DNA of 64,000 nt from NCBI GenBank assembly GCA_964567265.1, contig CAZMLK010000001.1:395723-459722 (forward strand), in the 5' to 3' direction. Positions within the stretch are counted from its first letter, which is position 1; the number at the start of each line of letters is the position of its first letter. The stretch comes from an uncultured Candidatus Saccharibacteria bacterium (GTDB lineage: Bacteria > Patescibacteriota > Minisyncoccia > Phycocordibacterales > UBA12088). The position numbers and the translations under genes were made by a program. Below the pieces are notes generated by a model. It was not told where the DNA came from. It saw only the letters and a list, made by a program, of their open reading frames with translations, and made no database searches. Shown piece by piece: positions 9,454 to 18,948 of the stretch.

Positions 9454-9726
9454 ATGGCACATCGTAAAGCAGGAGGCACCGCGAGAAACCTACGCGATTC
9501 AAACCCGAAATACCTCGGTGTGAAGCTGTATGCCGGCGAGACTGCCAAGGTCGGATCCGTCATCCTTCGTCAGCGAGGTACCCGCTATGAGCCGGGAGCA
9601 AACGTCGGTCTCGGCAAGGACCATACCCTGTTCGCCCTCAAGCCAGGCGTCGTCTCCTTCCGCACAAAGCGTAAGACACGCTTCAACGGCCAGGTGGTCC
9701 GAAAGCAGGTCGTGGACGTGAAATAA
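9454..9726 (+). CDS. rpmA: 50S ribosomal protein L27
   Basis: [24 protein letters not shown]...[21 protein letters not shown] is near-consensus L27. Confidence 0.95.
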   Translation: MAHRKAGGTARNLRDSNPKYLGVKLYAGETAKVGSVILRQRGTRYEPGANVGLGKDHTLFALKPGVVSFRTKRKTRFNGQVVRKQVVDVK

Positions 9727-9747
9727 TCCTCAAATTTGAACAAAAAA

Positions 9748-9776
9748 ACCGCAGGCTCTCGCCTGCGGTTTTTTGC
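9748..9776 (+). terminator. rho-independent terminator of rpmA
   Basis: accgcaggc-tctc-gcctgcggt hairpin followed by TTTTTTG. Confidence 0.8.
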
Positions 9777-9788
9777 ATATGCTTATCA

Positions 9789-9826
9789 AAAGGAAACCCC
9801 GTCGCGGCATGGCCGCGATGGGGTCT
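9789..9826 (-). terminator. terminator for 9847..10179 gene (two adjacent hairpins then T-run on minus strand)
   Basis: agacctcctaggaggtct and accccatcgcggccatgccgcgacggggt hairpins followed by TTCCTTTTG on the minus strand. Confidence 0.5.
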
Positions 9827-9846
9827 TGAGACCTCCTAGGAGGTCT

Positions 9847-10179
9847 TTAATGGCTCACGGATCGATCAGGAGAACGTGGAGTGGTGTCGAGAAGGATGCT
9901 GCAGTATTCCTCCGAAGTGACATACCTCTCGAGCGTTGTTCCCGGTCGTAGTTTCTGGAGCACAGACAGATGAGCAACGACATCATTTGCCAGTGCGATA
10001 CGGGACTCGCTGTTGTCCGGACGAAGAAGCCTATAGGTCCTCCACTTCTGGATTACTGTCTTAAGCCCGCGTTCTGCTTTGATTGCAGGCATCTCGACGG
10101 GCGGTGAGGCTAGCCTCCGCTCGCAGATTCTACCGACGAGTGCAGGGATGACGAACAGCATGACCGAAATCCTTTTCAT
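9847..10179 (-). CDS. hypothetical small secreted protein
   Basis: N-terminal signal peptide MKRISVMLFVIPALVG. Own promoter-like TTGACA-17-TTATAT upstream (about 10197-10225, minus strand) and a terminator downstream. Confidence 0.4.
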   Translation of the reverse strand: MKRISVMLFVIPALVGRICERRLASPPVEMPAIKAERGLKTVIQKWRTYRLLRPDNSESRIALANDVVAHLSVLQKLRPGTTLERYVTSEEYCSILLDTTPRSPDRSVSH

Positions 10180-10239
10180 AGGAACGATTCATTGAAATAT
10201 AAACACGTATATACAGCAGTGTCAATGTATCAATTTTTG

Positions 10240-10273
10240 ACGAAATAAGAAACCGTGGCTTTGTCTGCCACGG
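10240..10273 (-). terminator. terminator for 10283..10609 gene
   Basis: ccgtggc/gccacgg hairpin then TTTCTTATTTCG on the minus strand. Confidence 0.5.
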
Positions 10274-10282
10274 CGCTTCTCG

Positions 10283-10609
10283 TCAGCTCTTCGATTGTTC
10301 GTGTATCCGGTGCAGCTCATCGAACGAGTCGGCCCATGTTTGGAGCGCAGCTCGTTTTATGGGATCCGGAACGACCTCTTCGAGCTTTTGCTCCTTCTCG
10401 ATACAGAGCGCGACGACAAGTGCTGCGGCTCGTGCTATTTCAAGCGGGCTCGGCTCTTCTTCCCTTCCCCGATACTTGGCGAGGCTCGCAAGAATGAGAT
10501 TGTAGGCCTTCAATGCCTCACGCGGAGTGGTCGGCTGTTTCTTTGCCAAGAAGCGGTACTCCGATGTTCGTGGCAGATTTGCCACAGGTGCCTGCACAGA
10601 TACAAACAT
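10283..10609 (-). CDS. hypothetical protein (downstream of rplI, same strand)
   Basis: 108-aa ORF with a terminator right after its stop; no motif recognised. Confidence 0.4.
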   Translation of the reverse strand: MFVSVQAPVANLPRTSEYRFLAKKQPTTPREALKAYNLILASLAKYRGREEEPSPLEIARAAALVVALCIEKEQKLEEVVPDPIKRAALQTWADSFDELHRIHEQSKS

Positions 10610-10658
10610 CTTGAAGCACGACCGTCAATCGAGCTGTTCGAGAACTGTAGATGCCTTG

Positions 10659-11102
10659 TTACGCCTTTTGAATAGAAATGGTGAAGACTGCCGAACGCTT
10701 CTCGTACCACGCTTCAAGAGTATGGTCGCCGGTCGTCTTGAGTGGCGCGGCCAACTTGAGCGCGTCGCTTGGAAGCTTGATCTTGTATTCTGACTCGATC
10801 GCTTTCAGGATCTGATCCTTCTTGATGCCCTCGAAGAGATGGCCTTTTTCATTCGCTTTCGCTGCAATGATGACCTTGGCGCCGCGGAGCGCATCGATGT
10901 TCTGCATGAAGTACGCGCGGGTCGCCGCCTCGGCCTGAAGCGCCTGGTCCTTCTCGGCTTTTGCCGCGGCAATCTTCCCCGGCGTGGCCACTTCCGCTAC
11001 GCGCTTGGGAAAAAGGAAGTTATGGGCGTAGCCCTCAGAGACTTCCTTCACCTCATGCTTCCTGCCGACACCGCGCACGTCCTGGAGCAGAATTACTTTC
11101 AT
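10659..11102 (-). CDS. rplI: 50S ribosomal protein L9
   Basis: MKVILLQDVRGVGRKHEVKEVSEGYAHNFLFPKRVA is the L9 N-domain consensus. Start trimmed to that Met. Confidence 0.9.
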   Translation of the reverse strand: MKVILLQDVRGVGRKHEVKEVSEGYAHNFLFPKRVAEVATPGKIAAAKAEKDQALQAEAATRAYFMQNIDALRGAKVIIAAKANEKGHLFEGIKKDQILKAIESEYKIKLPSDALKLAAPLKTTGDHTLEAWYEKRSAVFTISIQKA

Positions 11103-11167
11103 ATGTGGTGATTGTATAGAACAGAGCCCCCGGATGCAACGCATCCGGGGGCTCTGTGTGGATCTGC

Positions 11168-12457
11168 CTAATTTCCAGTCTTCAGGTAGACTGCAGCGCG
11201 TTCGAGCTGGGTGTCGCGACCGAGCTTGAGATCGTCCTCAGTGAATGTGACCGGGATATCAGGCGTGAGGCCTCCGGCTGAGATGGAACGGCCATTCGGA
11301 GTGAGCCACTGCGCGACGGTCACCTTGAGCGAGGTTTCCGGAGTCACGTTGATGAGCTCCTGTACCGATCCCTTTCCAAAGCTGCGCTCGCCGATCAGCT
11401 TCGCTACTCCCTGCTCCTGGAGCGCGCCTGCGAGGATTTCTGATGCCGATGCGGAACCCTGGTTGATGAGGACCGCGACCTTGAAGTTGTTATTCCCGTA
11501 GATGTTGTAGCCCTTGCTGCGGTATGTGCGGTTCTCCTGTCCGCCTCCGAAGTGCTCCTCAACGACCACCTTTCCGGTCGGGAGGAACCATCCGGCCATA
11601 TCGACAGCAGCCTCGAGGAATCCTCCCGGATTACCGCGGAGGTCTATGACGAGCTTGTCGGACTTACTCTCGAGGAACTTGCGGATCGCGTCGCGGAAAT
11701 CATTCGCTGACGTGGCACCGAAGCTATAGAGGTGGATCACGTAGACATTGTCAGGACGGAGTTCCTGCGCGATCGTCGGGACCTTGATGGTATCGCGGAC
11801 GATGGTGACTTCGATCGGCTTGTCGGAGCCCTTGCGGATGAGCGTGAGCGTGACCTTGGTCCCGATCTTGCCGCGGATCTTCTTGACTGCTTCTTCGACA
11901 GAAAGGCCTTCCGTCGTGACGCCGTCAACCTTCGCGACGAGGTCTCCTGCCTTCACGCCGACCTTCTCCGCCGGTGAATCCTTGAGCGGAGTCACGACCG
12001 TGACAATGTCATTGCGGAGGCCGATCTCCATACCTACGCCACCGAAGCTGCCATTAATGTCATCGTTGAACTGCTGGTTCTTGACCGGTGGGAAGAAGAC
12101 CGTATACGGATCGCCCAGCGATTTCGCGAGCCCTTCGATGGCGCCCCAGACTTTGTCCTGGTCGTCGATGCGCGCTTCGAGCGCGGAGCTCGTAGATGTC
12201 GTCGCGGATGTCGCAGGAACGTAGCGCTGGTTGATTATCGCCCACGCCTTGTAGAGCGGCGCGAAATCGACTCCTTCTGGCGGCGCAGTATAATCGCTAC
12301 CGACGATGGTCATGGTACTCGCACGCGTCTCTTGGTAGTCGCCGATTGCGAGGCCTGCGAAGAATGCGACGGATACTAACACGAGGATAAACGAGTAACC
12401 GACGCCGCTCTTTCGGATATGCGCGAGTATTGTATTCATTACTAGACAGTATCGCAA
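11168..12457 (-). CDS. ctpA: carboxy-terminal processing protease (S41 family)
   Basis: PDZ-containing, GGVGMEIG and KLVIDLRGNPGG (tail-specific protease catalytic region). N-terminal TM anchor. Start may be the second Met, 18 nt downstream. Confidence 0.9.
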   Translation of the reverse strand: MRYCLVMNTILAHIRKSGVGYSFILVLVSVAFFAGLAIGDYQETRASTMTIVGSDYTAPPEGVDFAPLYKAWAIINQRYVPATSATTSTSSALEARIDDQDKVWGAIEGLAKSLGDPYTVFFPPVKNQQFNDDINGSFGGVGMEIGLRNDIVTVVTPLKDSPAEKVGVKAGDLVAKVDGVTTEGLSVEEAVKKIRGKIGTKVTLTLIRKGSDKPIEVTIVRDTIKVPTIAQELRPDNVYVIHLYSFGATSANDFRDAIRKFLESKSDKLVIDLRGNPGGFLEAAVDMAGWFLPTGKVVVEEHFGGGQENRTYRSKGYNIYGNNNFKVAVLINQGSASASEILAGALQEQGVAKLIGERSFGKGSVQELINVTPETSLKVTVAQWLTPNGRSISAGGLTPDIPVTFTEDDLKLGRDTQLERAAVYLKTGN

Positions 12458-12550
12458 AGGCGAACACTCTCGTCAATTTGCGTGGAGTCGGGAAAACGCG
12501 TTGTCCTTCGATTTTGAATCACGCTATACTGAAGTTCTAATGAATTCGAA

Positions 12551-13465
12551 ATGATCACGAGGAACACGTACAAGAAGCTGTTGTGGATCGATCTCGAATC
12601 GCCGACTGCGGAGGAAGTGAAGGAAGTGATGGGGGAATTCTCGCTCGATCCCATGATCGCGGACGAGCTTCTCTTCCCCAGCCTGAAACCGAAAGTCGAG
12701 ATCGGAGGTGACTACCTGTATCTCGTGCTCCATTTCCCTGCTCTCAAGCACAGCCATAAGAGCGGGACTGCGCAGGAGATCGATTTCATCGTCGGCGAAT
12801 CATTCGTGATCACGACCCATTACGACACCATCGACCCCCTCCACAAGTTCGCGAAGATCTTCGAGGTGAATTCGATACTCGACCGGAGCGACATCGGCAC
12901 GAATGCCGGATATCTCTTCTACTACATGCTCAAGAAGCTGTACCAGTCCTTGGACCACGAGCTTGAATACATTTATGATGCGCTTCTTACTGCCGAGGCA
13001 GGCATATTCGAAGGACAGGAGAAACAGATGGTCCGGAAGCTCTCGCTCGTGAGCCGTGACCTCCTCAATATGCGCCAGGCGCTCGTGGGACACGCAGACA
13101 TCCTCCGCTCGCTCGAGCAGAGCGCGCCCGAGATATTCGGGAAGTCCATCACGAAGCGTATCCGCGACATCTCGACCGAGTATTACCGGATCGAGAATAC
13201 GATGAAATCCCACTCCGCGCTCCTCCTCGAACTCAGGGAAACGAACAACTCGCTGGTCTCGACGAAGCAGAACGAAGTCATGAAGACCTTCACCATCATG
13301 GCGTTCACGACGCTGCCGCTTTCCCTGATTGCAGCGGTGTTCGGCATGAACACGCAGTATACGCCGGTCTCCGGGCATCCATTTGACTTTTGGATCATCG
13401 TCGCCATGATGGTGGTAACGGCGCTTGCCTTCTTCGGATACTTCCGGCACAAGGGCTGGCTCTAA
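12551..13465 (+). CDS. corA: CorA-family magnesium/cobalt transporter
   Basis: C-terminal two TM helices with the GMN motif (AVFGMNTQY). Confidence 0.85.
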   Translation: MITRNTYKKLLWIDLESPTAEEVKEVMGEFSLDPMIADELLFPSLKPKVEIGGDYLYLVLHFPALKHSHKSGTAQEIDFIVGESFVITTHYDTIDPLHKFAKIFEVNSILDRSDIGTNAGYLFYYMLKKLYQSLDHELEYIYDALLTAEAGIFEGQEKQMVRKLSLVSRDLLNMRQALVGHADILRSLEQSAPEIFGKSITKRIRDISTEYYRIENTMKSHSALLLELRETNNSLVSTKQNEVMKTFTIMAFTTLPLSLIAAVFGMNTQYTPVSGHPFDFWIIVAMMVVTALAFFGYFRHKGWL

Positions 13466-13497
13466 GCCGGACCTGTAGGCGCTGACCCACCCTCCCG

Positions 13498-14970
13498 ATG
13501 TTTTTCCTATCACTCGACAAGCAAACGCCCCCGCCACCCCCTCCGAAACCGCCCCTGCGGCTCTGGAACACCCTTTCGGCTGCCAAGGAGATCTTCGTCC
13601 CGATCCGCGGCCCCAAGGTCACGATGTACAACTGCGGCCCCACGGTGTACGACCATCAGCACATAGGCAACCTGAAACCGTATGTCTTCGCGGATGTGCT
13701 CCGGCGCACGCTCGAATACAACGACTTCGAGGTGAAGCAGGTCATCAACATCACGGATGTAGGGCATCTCGTTTCCGACGCTGACGACGGCGAGGACAAG
13801 CTCGAGAAAGGCGCGAAGAAATTCGGGCTCACCGCGCAGGCGCTCGCGAAGCAGATCACTGTTGAATATAAGGACGACCTCGAGAAGGTCGATATCAAGA
13901 CGAAAAAAATTCAATTCACGAAGGCCACCGATTATATCGGTGAGCAGATCGCGCTCGTGCAGACGCTTGAAGAAAAAGGCTACACGTACCGCACCGACGA
14001 CGGCATCTATTTCGACACCTCCCGCTTCCCTTCGTACGGCAAGCTTGGCAATATCCACATCGAGGGTTTGAAGCCGGGTGCGCGCGTCGCTGGAGGCGAG
14101 AAGCGGCATCCGACCGATTTCGCGCTCTGGAAATTCTCAGCGAAAGGCGAGAAGCGTCAACAGGAATGGAAATCGCCATGGGGCATCGGCTTCCCGGGTT
14201 GGCACCTCGAATGCACCGCGATGATCTTCGCCGAGCTCGGCCGCCAGATCGATATTCATACCGGCGGCATCGACCACATACCGGTCCACCACAACAACGA
14301 GATCGCGCAAGCGGAGGCGGCGACCGGCAAGCAGTACGTGAAGTACTGGCTCCACAACGCATTCATCACGATCGAGGGCAAGAAGATCTCGAAGTCTCTC
14401 GGGAACACCATCCTTCTCCGCAATATCACTGACCGCGGCCTGAATCCGCTCGCCTATCGCATGTGGCTCCTCGGCGGGCACTACCGTTCGCCGATGAATT
14501 TCACTTGGGAAGCCGTGGAGGGTGCGAATACCGCGCTGTTGAAGCTGCATCGGTATTTCGTTGACGAGCTTCCCTCCCGCGCTGGCGGCAGCGTTGACGC
14601 TTCATACCAACTGCGGTTTCAGGAGGCTGTCAATGACGATCTTGATACGCCGAAAGCGCTCGCACTCTTGTTTGAGCTCGTGAAGGACGATTCCGTCACG
14701 GAAGCCGACAAGCGGGCGACTATCCTCGACTTCGACCGCGTGCTCGGCATCGGATTCATCGAGGGAAGGAAGAAAATGAAGGATGCCCTTTCGATCAACG
14801 TCCTCAGAGAAGGCGACATCCCGAAAGATATTCAGGGACTCATCACTGAGCGTGAAGCGGCACGTGCCGCAAAGAACTGGATGGAAGCCGATCGCCTCCG
14901 CGACCAGCTCGAACGGAAAGGATACACCGTCACGGACACGCCGAAAGGTTCCATGGTCGAGAGGGCTTGA
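13498..14970 (+). CDS. cysS: cysteinyl-tRNA synthetase
   Basis: MYNCGPTVYDHQHIGN (HIGH region) and KISKSLGN (KMSKS) class-I motifs; Zn-binding Cys pattern. Confidence 0.9.
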   Translation: MFFLSLDKQTPPPPPPKPPLRLWNTLSAAKEIFVPIRGPKVTMYNCGPTVYDHQHIGNLKPYVFADVLRRTLEYNDFEVKQVINITDVGHLVSDADDGEDKLEKGAKKFGLTAQALAKQITVEYKDDLEKVDIKTKKIQFTKATDYIGEQIALVQTLEEKGYTYRTDDGIYFDTSRFPSYGKLGNIHIEGLKPGARVAGGEKRHPTDFALWKFSAKGEKRQQEWKSPWGIGFPGWHLECTAMIFAELGRQIDIHTGGIDHIPVHHNNEIAQAEAATGKQYVKYWLHNAFITIEGKKISKSLGNTILLRNITDRGLNPLAYRMWLLGGHYRSPMNFTWEAVEGANTALLKLHRYFVDELPSRAGGSVDASYQLRFQEAVNDDLDTPKALALLFELVKDDSVTEADKRATILDFDRVLGIGFIEGRKKMKDALSINVLREGDIPKDIQGLITEREAARAAKNWMEADRLRDQLERKGYTVTDTPKGSMVERA

Positions 14971-15111
14971 GCCGGCATCTTTCCTGCCGTATGGTGCGAG
15001 GGCAGGAATCCGAACGAACAAGCGTACTTTGTCGCTTGGACTTCCCAATGTTCTGCCGAGGTCGTTTCCTGCGCAACGGTCACGTACGCTTCAGAGGACT
15101 CCTGCACTCCT

Positions 15112-15139
15112 CCCGTCTGCATGCATGCAGCGAGTTTTT
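15112..15139 (+). terminator. terminator of cysS (14-bp palindrome ctgcatgcatgcag + TTTTTTG)
   Basis: Palindrome followed 4 nt later by a T-run. Confidence 0.55.
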
Positions 15140-15278
15140 TGTTTGAAATTCTTGACAGGTTCCACGGATTCCGGCATGGTTGGTAGCGGAGGGTGCGGTT
15201 ACATTCTTGACGCAGGTTTTTGAATGTTGCACTACCGCACCTTCCATATCGATCTTGTTGGCGTTTCCTCCCGACTTC

Positions 15279-15306
15279 GCCCGGCGCTTCGCGCCGGGCT
15301 TTTATA
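15279..15306 (+). terminator. second terminator in cysS-dnaB spacer
   Basis: gcccggcgc-ttc-gcgccgggc hairpin + TTTTATATT. Confidence 0.6.
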
Positions 15307-15405
15307 TTCCTCGGACCTCCATTTTCTATACACACCTTAGGAACACGAAATCCCTATTTGGGGACTTCCCTGCCCCCAAACCCGACGTGCTAGAATTGCC
15401 CTACC

Positions 15406-16788
15406 ATGGCAACCGCACCCGTACGCTCCCTTCGTATTCCTCCCCACAATCTCGATTCCGAGAAGGCGCTTCTTGGGGCGCTTATGTTGAAGCCGGATTC
15501 GCTCCACGACATCAGCGATCTCGTATCGCCGGAATCGTTCTACGCAGAGAAGCATCGCATGATCATGGTCGCGATCATGGAACTGTTCTCGAAGAGCGAA
15601 GGCATTGACCTCCTGACCGTTTCCTCCAAGCTCCGTGACCAGAAGCGGCTCGAGCAGATCGGCGGCGGAAGCTACCTTTCCGAGCTCATGAATACGGTTC
15701 CTGCGGCAGCAAACGCGAAGTTCTATGCCGAGATGGTCCAGAAGACGGCACTGCTTCGCGGCGTCATCGCAGCCGCCGAAGATATCGGCGAGATGGGCTA
15801 TGACCAGAATACTGCCGTAGACGAGATCCTCGATCGCGCTGAGAAGCGCATGTACCAGGTCGCGCACGCGACGTCTACCCGCAAATTCATTGCGCTCCGC
15901 GACGGGCTTGATGATGCATGGAACCGTCTCGACGCGCTCCATAACGCTAATGGCGCGACCCGCGGCGTCCCGACCGGATACAAGGATCTCGACAACCTCC
16001 TTTCCGGATTCCAGCCATCCGACCTCATCATCCTCGCAGCCCGTCCCTCGATCGGTAAGACCTCATTTGCCCTTGATATCGCGCGTCAGGCCGCGACCAT
16101 GCACAACGTGCCGGTCGGCATCTTCTCGCTTGAAATGAGCTCGCAGCAGCTCGTAGACCGCCTGCTCTCGGCCGAAGCACGCGTCGACGCCTGGAAGCTT
16201 CGAACGGGGAAGCTCTCGACCGACCAGGAGTTCGAGCAGATTCGCGGCGCGCTCGACCGCCTCGCCTCGGCGCCGATCTACATCGATGACCAGCCGTCCG
16301 CGAGCATCCTCACCATGCGCTCGGTCGCGCGCCGCCTCATGCGCGAGCATGGGCTCGGGCTCATCATCATCGACTACCTCCAGCTCATGGTCCCGACCAA
16401 CTCGCGCGCGACGGACAACCTCGTGCAGCAGGTCACCGAGATCTCACGCTCGCTGAAAGGCATGGCGCGCGAGCTCAACGTGCCTGTGCTCGCGCTCTCG
16501 CAGCTCTCGCGCGCCGTCGAGGCGCGCGGCGGCAAGCCGCGCCTCTCCGACCTCCGCGACTCCGGCTCGATCGAGCAGGACGCCGATGTCGTTATGTTCA
16601 TTCACCGCGATGACAAGATCAATCCGAACTCCGATCAGCCGAATATCGCCGAGATCATGATCGAGAAGCACCGCAACGGCCCGACCGGCAGCGTCAAGCT
16701 GTTCTTCGACAGCGCGAAGACCTCGTTCCTCCCGATCGAGAAGAGCGATTTCGGATCCTTCGAGACCGCGGTTGCCGACGACTTCTAA
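15406..16788 (+). CDS. dnaB: replicative DNA helicase
   Basis: DnaB N-domain and RecA-like domain with Walker A (ARPSIGKTSFALD) and the hexameric helicase motifs; 460 aa, no intein. Confidence 0.95.
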   Translation: MATAPVRSLRIPPHNLDSEKALLGALMLKPDSLHDISDLVSPESFYAEKHRMIMVAIMELFSKSEGIDLLTVSSKLRDQKRLEQIGGGSYLSELMNTVPAAANAKFYAEMVQKTALLRGVIAAAEDIGEMGYDQNTAVDEILDRAEKRMYQVAHATSTRKFIALRDGLDDAWNRLDALHNANGATRGVPTGYKDLDNLLSGFQPSDLIILAARPSIGKTSFALDIARQAATMHNVPVGIFSLEMSSQQLVDRLLSAEARVDAWKLRTGKLSTDQEFEQIRGALDRLASAPIYIDDQPSASILTMRSVARRLMREHGLGLIIIDYLQLMVPTNSRATDNLVQQVTEISRSLKGMARELNVPVLALSQLSRAVEARGGKPRLSDLRDSGSIEQDADVVMFIHRDDKINPNSDQPNIAEIMIEKHRNGPTGSVKLFFDSAKTSFLPIEKSDFGSFETAVADDF

Positions 16789-16798
16789 CCTCTTTCCC

Positions 16799-17419
16799 AT
16801 GAATACCATCGCCAAGCTCGCGGAGCTTTTTAACGAATTCCCTGGAATAGGGCCGCGCCAAGCGAAGCGGTTCGTGTATTTCCTCTTGACCAAGCATCCC
16901 CGATTCCTCGAGGAGCTCGCAGAGGCGCTGAAGACGCTCCAGCGGAGCGTCGCGATCTGCCCGTCCTGCTATCGCTACTTCACCCGGAATGGATCGCCCG
17001 AACCGCGTTGCGGAACCTGCGCTGACTCCTCGCGCTCGGAAGCCACCCTCATGATCGTTGAGAAGGATGTTGATTTCGAGAATATCGAGAAAAGCCGCGT
17101 CTATGACGGCAAGTATTTCATCCTCGGCGGGACCATCTCCTTGCTTGATAAGGAGCCGGAGACGAAGGTCCATTCACGGGAGCTCGCGCGGATCGTAGAC
17201 GAGCGCGGCAAGTCTGGAATATTGAAAGAGATTATCCTCGCGCTCTCAGCGAACGCAGATGGCGAAGAAACTGGAGATTATGTACGCGAAATACTGACTC
17301 CTGCAATCGAAGGGTATGGAATCAAGGTCTCACTTTTTGGCCGCGGACTCTCGACCGGCAGCGAGCTTGAGTATGCAGATTCGGAGACCATCAAGAATGC
17401 GTTCGCAAACCGAAAGTGA
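16799..17419 (+). CDS. recR: recombination protein RecR
   Basis: HhH motif FPGIGPRQAKR, C4 zinc finger CPSCYRYF...C..C, Toprim domain. Start at MNTIAKL, 10 nt after the dnaB stop. Confidence 0.9.
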   Translation: MNTIAKLAELFNEFPGIGPRQAKRFVYFLLTKHPRFLEELAEALKTLQRSVAICPSCYRYFTRNGSPEPRCGTCADSSRSEATLMIVEKDVDFENIEKSRVYDGKYFILGGTISLLDKEPETKVHSRELARIVDERGKSGILKEIILALSANADGEETGDYVREILTPAIEGYGIKVSLFGRGLSTGSELEYADSETIKNAFANRK

Positions 17420-17441
17420 TTTTGGCCCAACCATGCATATG

Positions 17442-17480
17442 AAATGGAGACAGTTGTGGACGCAACTGTCTCCATTTTCA
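17442..17480. terminator. bidirectional terminator (14-bp stem aaatggagacagttg/caactgtctccattt)
   Basis: Perfect long stem with U-tracts on both strands, between convergent recR and the 17487..17852 ORF. Confidence 0.8.
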
Positions 17481-17486
17481 ATCCGC

Positions 17487-17852
17487 TCATTGCTTATACA
17501 CGAGCGGGAGGTTATTAGAAAGAGCGTATAGACAGGTGATGAGGAGATCCTTTCGATTGCCAACGGCCTCATCCTCCGGAGTACCGGCGGCGATCCTGAT
17601 GTAGTGCTCCCCTTCGTACTCTATAATCTGTACCCCCCAAACTGGAAGACGGAGGTGCTTCCCGTCCTCGAGGGCCGCCAATAGCATTCTCTGATGCTTT
17701 TTGGGGAGCGGCGAAAGGATGCGCAGCAATTGGAGCGACGATATCGGAGAGTATAAATAACGCCGGCCATCATCGTCTGCGATTCCGACGACTTGCTGAA
17801 GCCTCTCGAGCTCGAGGTGATAGTCCACATTCCTATCCATCACGGGCATCAC
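17487..17852 (-). CDS. hypothetical protein
   Basis: 121-aa ORF, no motif recognised; terminator just past its stop. Confidence 0.4.
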   Translation of the reverse strand: MMPVMDRNVDYHLELERLQQVVGIADDDGRRYLYSPISSLQLLRILSPLPKKHQRMLLAALEDGKHLRLPVWGVQIIEYEGEHYIRIAAGTPEDEAVGNRKDLLITCLYALSNNLPLVYKQ

Positions 17853-17941
17853 TCACTCGTTGGGTTACCTACCGTAGTTATAACAAGCGAGGGGCGAAAT
17901 GCAATCCGGCCCCGCGAGAGCGGGGCCGGTTGTTTAGGGAC

Positions 17942-18250
17942 TTAGTCGATGGTGACCTTGAGGAAAGGCTGGCGATGGCCGCGGTTCTTGAAGTAGCGGG
18001 CCTTCGGCTTGTACTTGATGACCGCGATCTTCTTGTGGCGTCCGACTTCTTTGATCGTGCCGACGACCTTGCCGCCGGAGACTGATGGGAGGCCGAGCTT
18101 GGTAGCCTTGCCGTCGTCCGTGAGGAGGACCTCCTCGAAGGTGACCTTGTCGCCCACCTTCAAATCACCCTTCATCTGCTCGATAGAAATGGTATCGCCC
18201 GAGGCGACCACGTACTGCTTTCCGCCTGTTTTGATTACTGAAAAATCCAT
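17942..18250 (-). CDS. rplU: 50S ribosomal protein L21
   Basis: MDFSVIKTGGKQYVVASGDTISIEQ...KIAVIKYKPKARYFKNRGHRQPFLKV is consensus L21. Confidence 0.95.
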   Translation of the reverse strand: MDFSVIKTGGKQYVVASGDTISIEQMKGDLKVGDKVTFEEVLLTDDGKATKLGLPSVSGGKVVGTIKEVGRHKKIAVIKYKPKARYFKNRGHRQPFLKVTID

Positions 18251-18367
18251 ATGTCGTATATAAGTCCGATAAATATAGCCTATTTCCTAGAAAATACAAG
18301 GGGGTATGGAAATGGCCGCCCGCGAAGGTGCGGGCGGCCAAGATTCAGAAGGAGCACAGTCTCAGGT

Positions 18368-18556
18368 CTAGAAAAGCTGCAAATTCCTCCGGTCTTTCTC
18401 CGCCCAGTACAGGGAGCGTTGTTCAGGAGTCATTTCTTGAACGATACGCCGCTCTTGCTCCGCGGAGCGGTCGAGCGCATCACCCAGATCTGACCAGAAG
18501 GCGCGACAGGACTCCTGGAAGCTCCGGAGGAGCTGTCGAATCCATTTGAAAGGCAT
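18368..18556 (-). CDS. small hypothetical protein (62 aa)
   Basis: GGAGGT Shine-Dalgarno 9 nt upstream of the ATG, and an upstream TTGACA-17-TATTAC promoter-like element (about 18570-18620, minus strand). Confidence 0.4.
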   Translation of the reverse strand: MPFKWIRQLLRSFQESCRAFWSDLGDALDRSAEQERRIVQEMTPEQRSLYWAEKDRRNLQLF

Positions 18557-18948
18557 GGTACCCTACCTCCTCTACAGACTTACTTTTTACAGTAATACAT
18601 ATTTAATTGCCATTTGTCAAGTATCGAATGTGGAAAAGAGAACCGCCCCGAGGGGCGGTAAATGCTTTGTTTTTTGGCGCTTCAGAGTGCCCGGCGATAC
18701 TTTCTCAGCTTCTTCTCTTCTGGACTCTCCTGTTGTGGTGGGGATGGAGGTGCGCTCCACTTGTGAGATGGAGGCAACGCTCTCGGTACGAGTTGCAGCA
18801 TGTAGCGCCAATACGCAACGACGGTTCTGTAGTTGGCGTGCCACTGCAAAAGACAACGGGGTTGAAATTGGCCGAATGTCATTTGAACCACCCTTCTACG
18901 TAAAGCTGACCTTGTTGTAGGCCGATTTTTGAATGGTGTCAATGCCAG

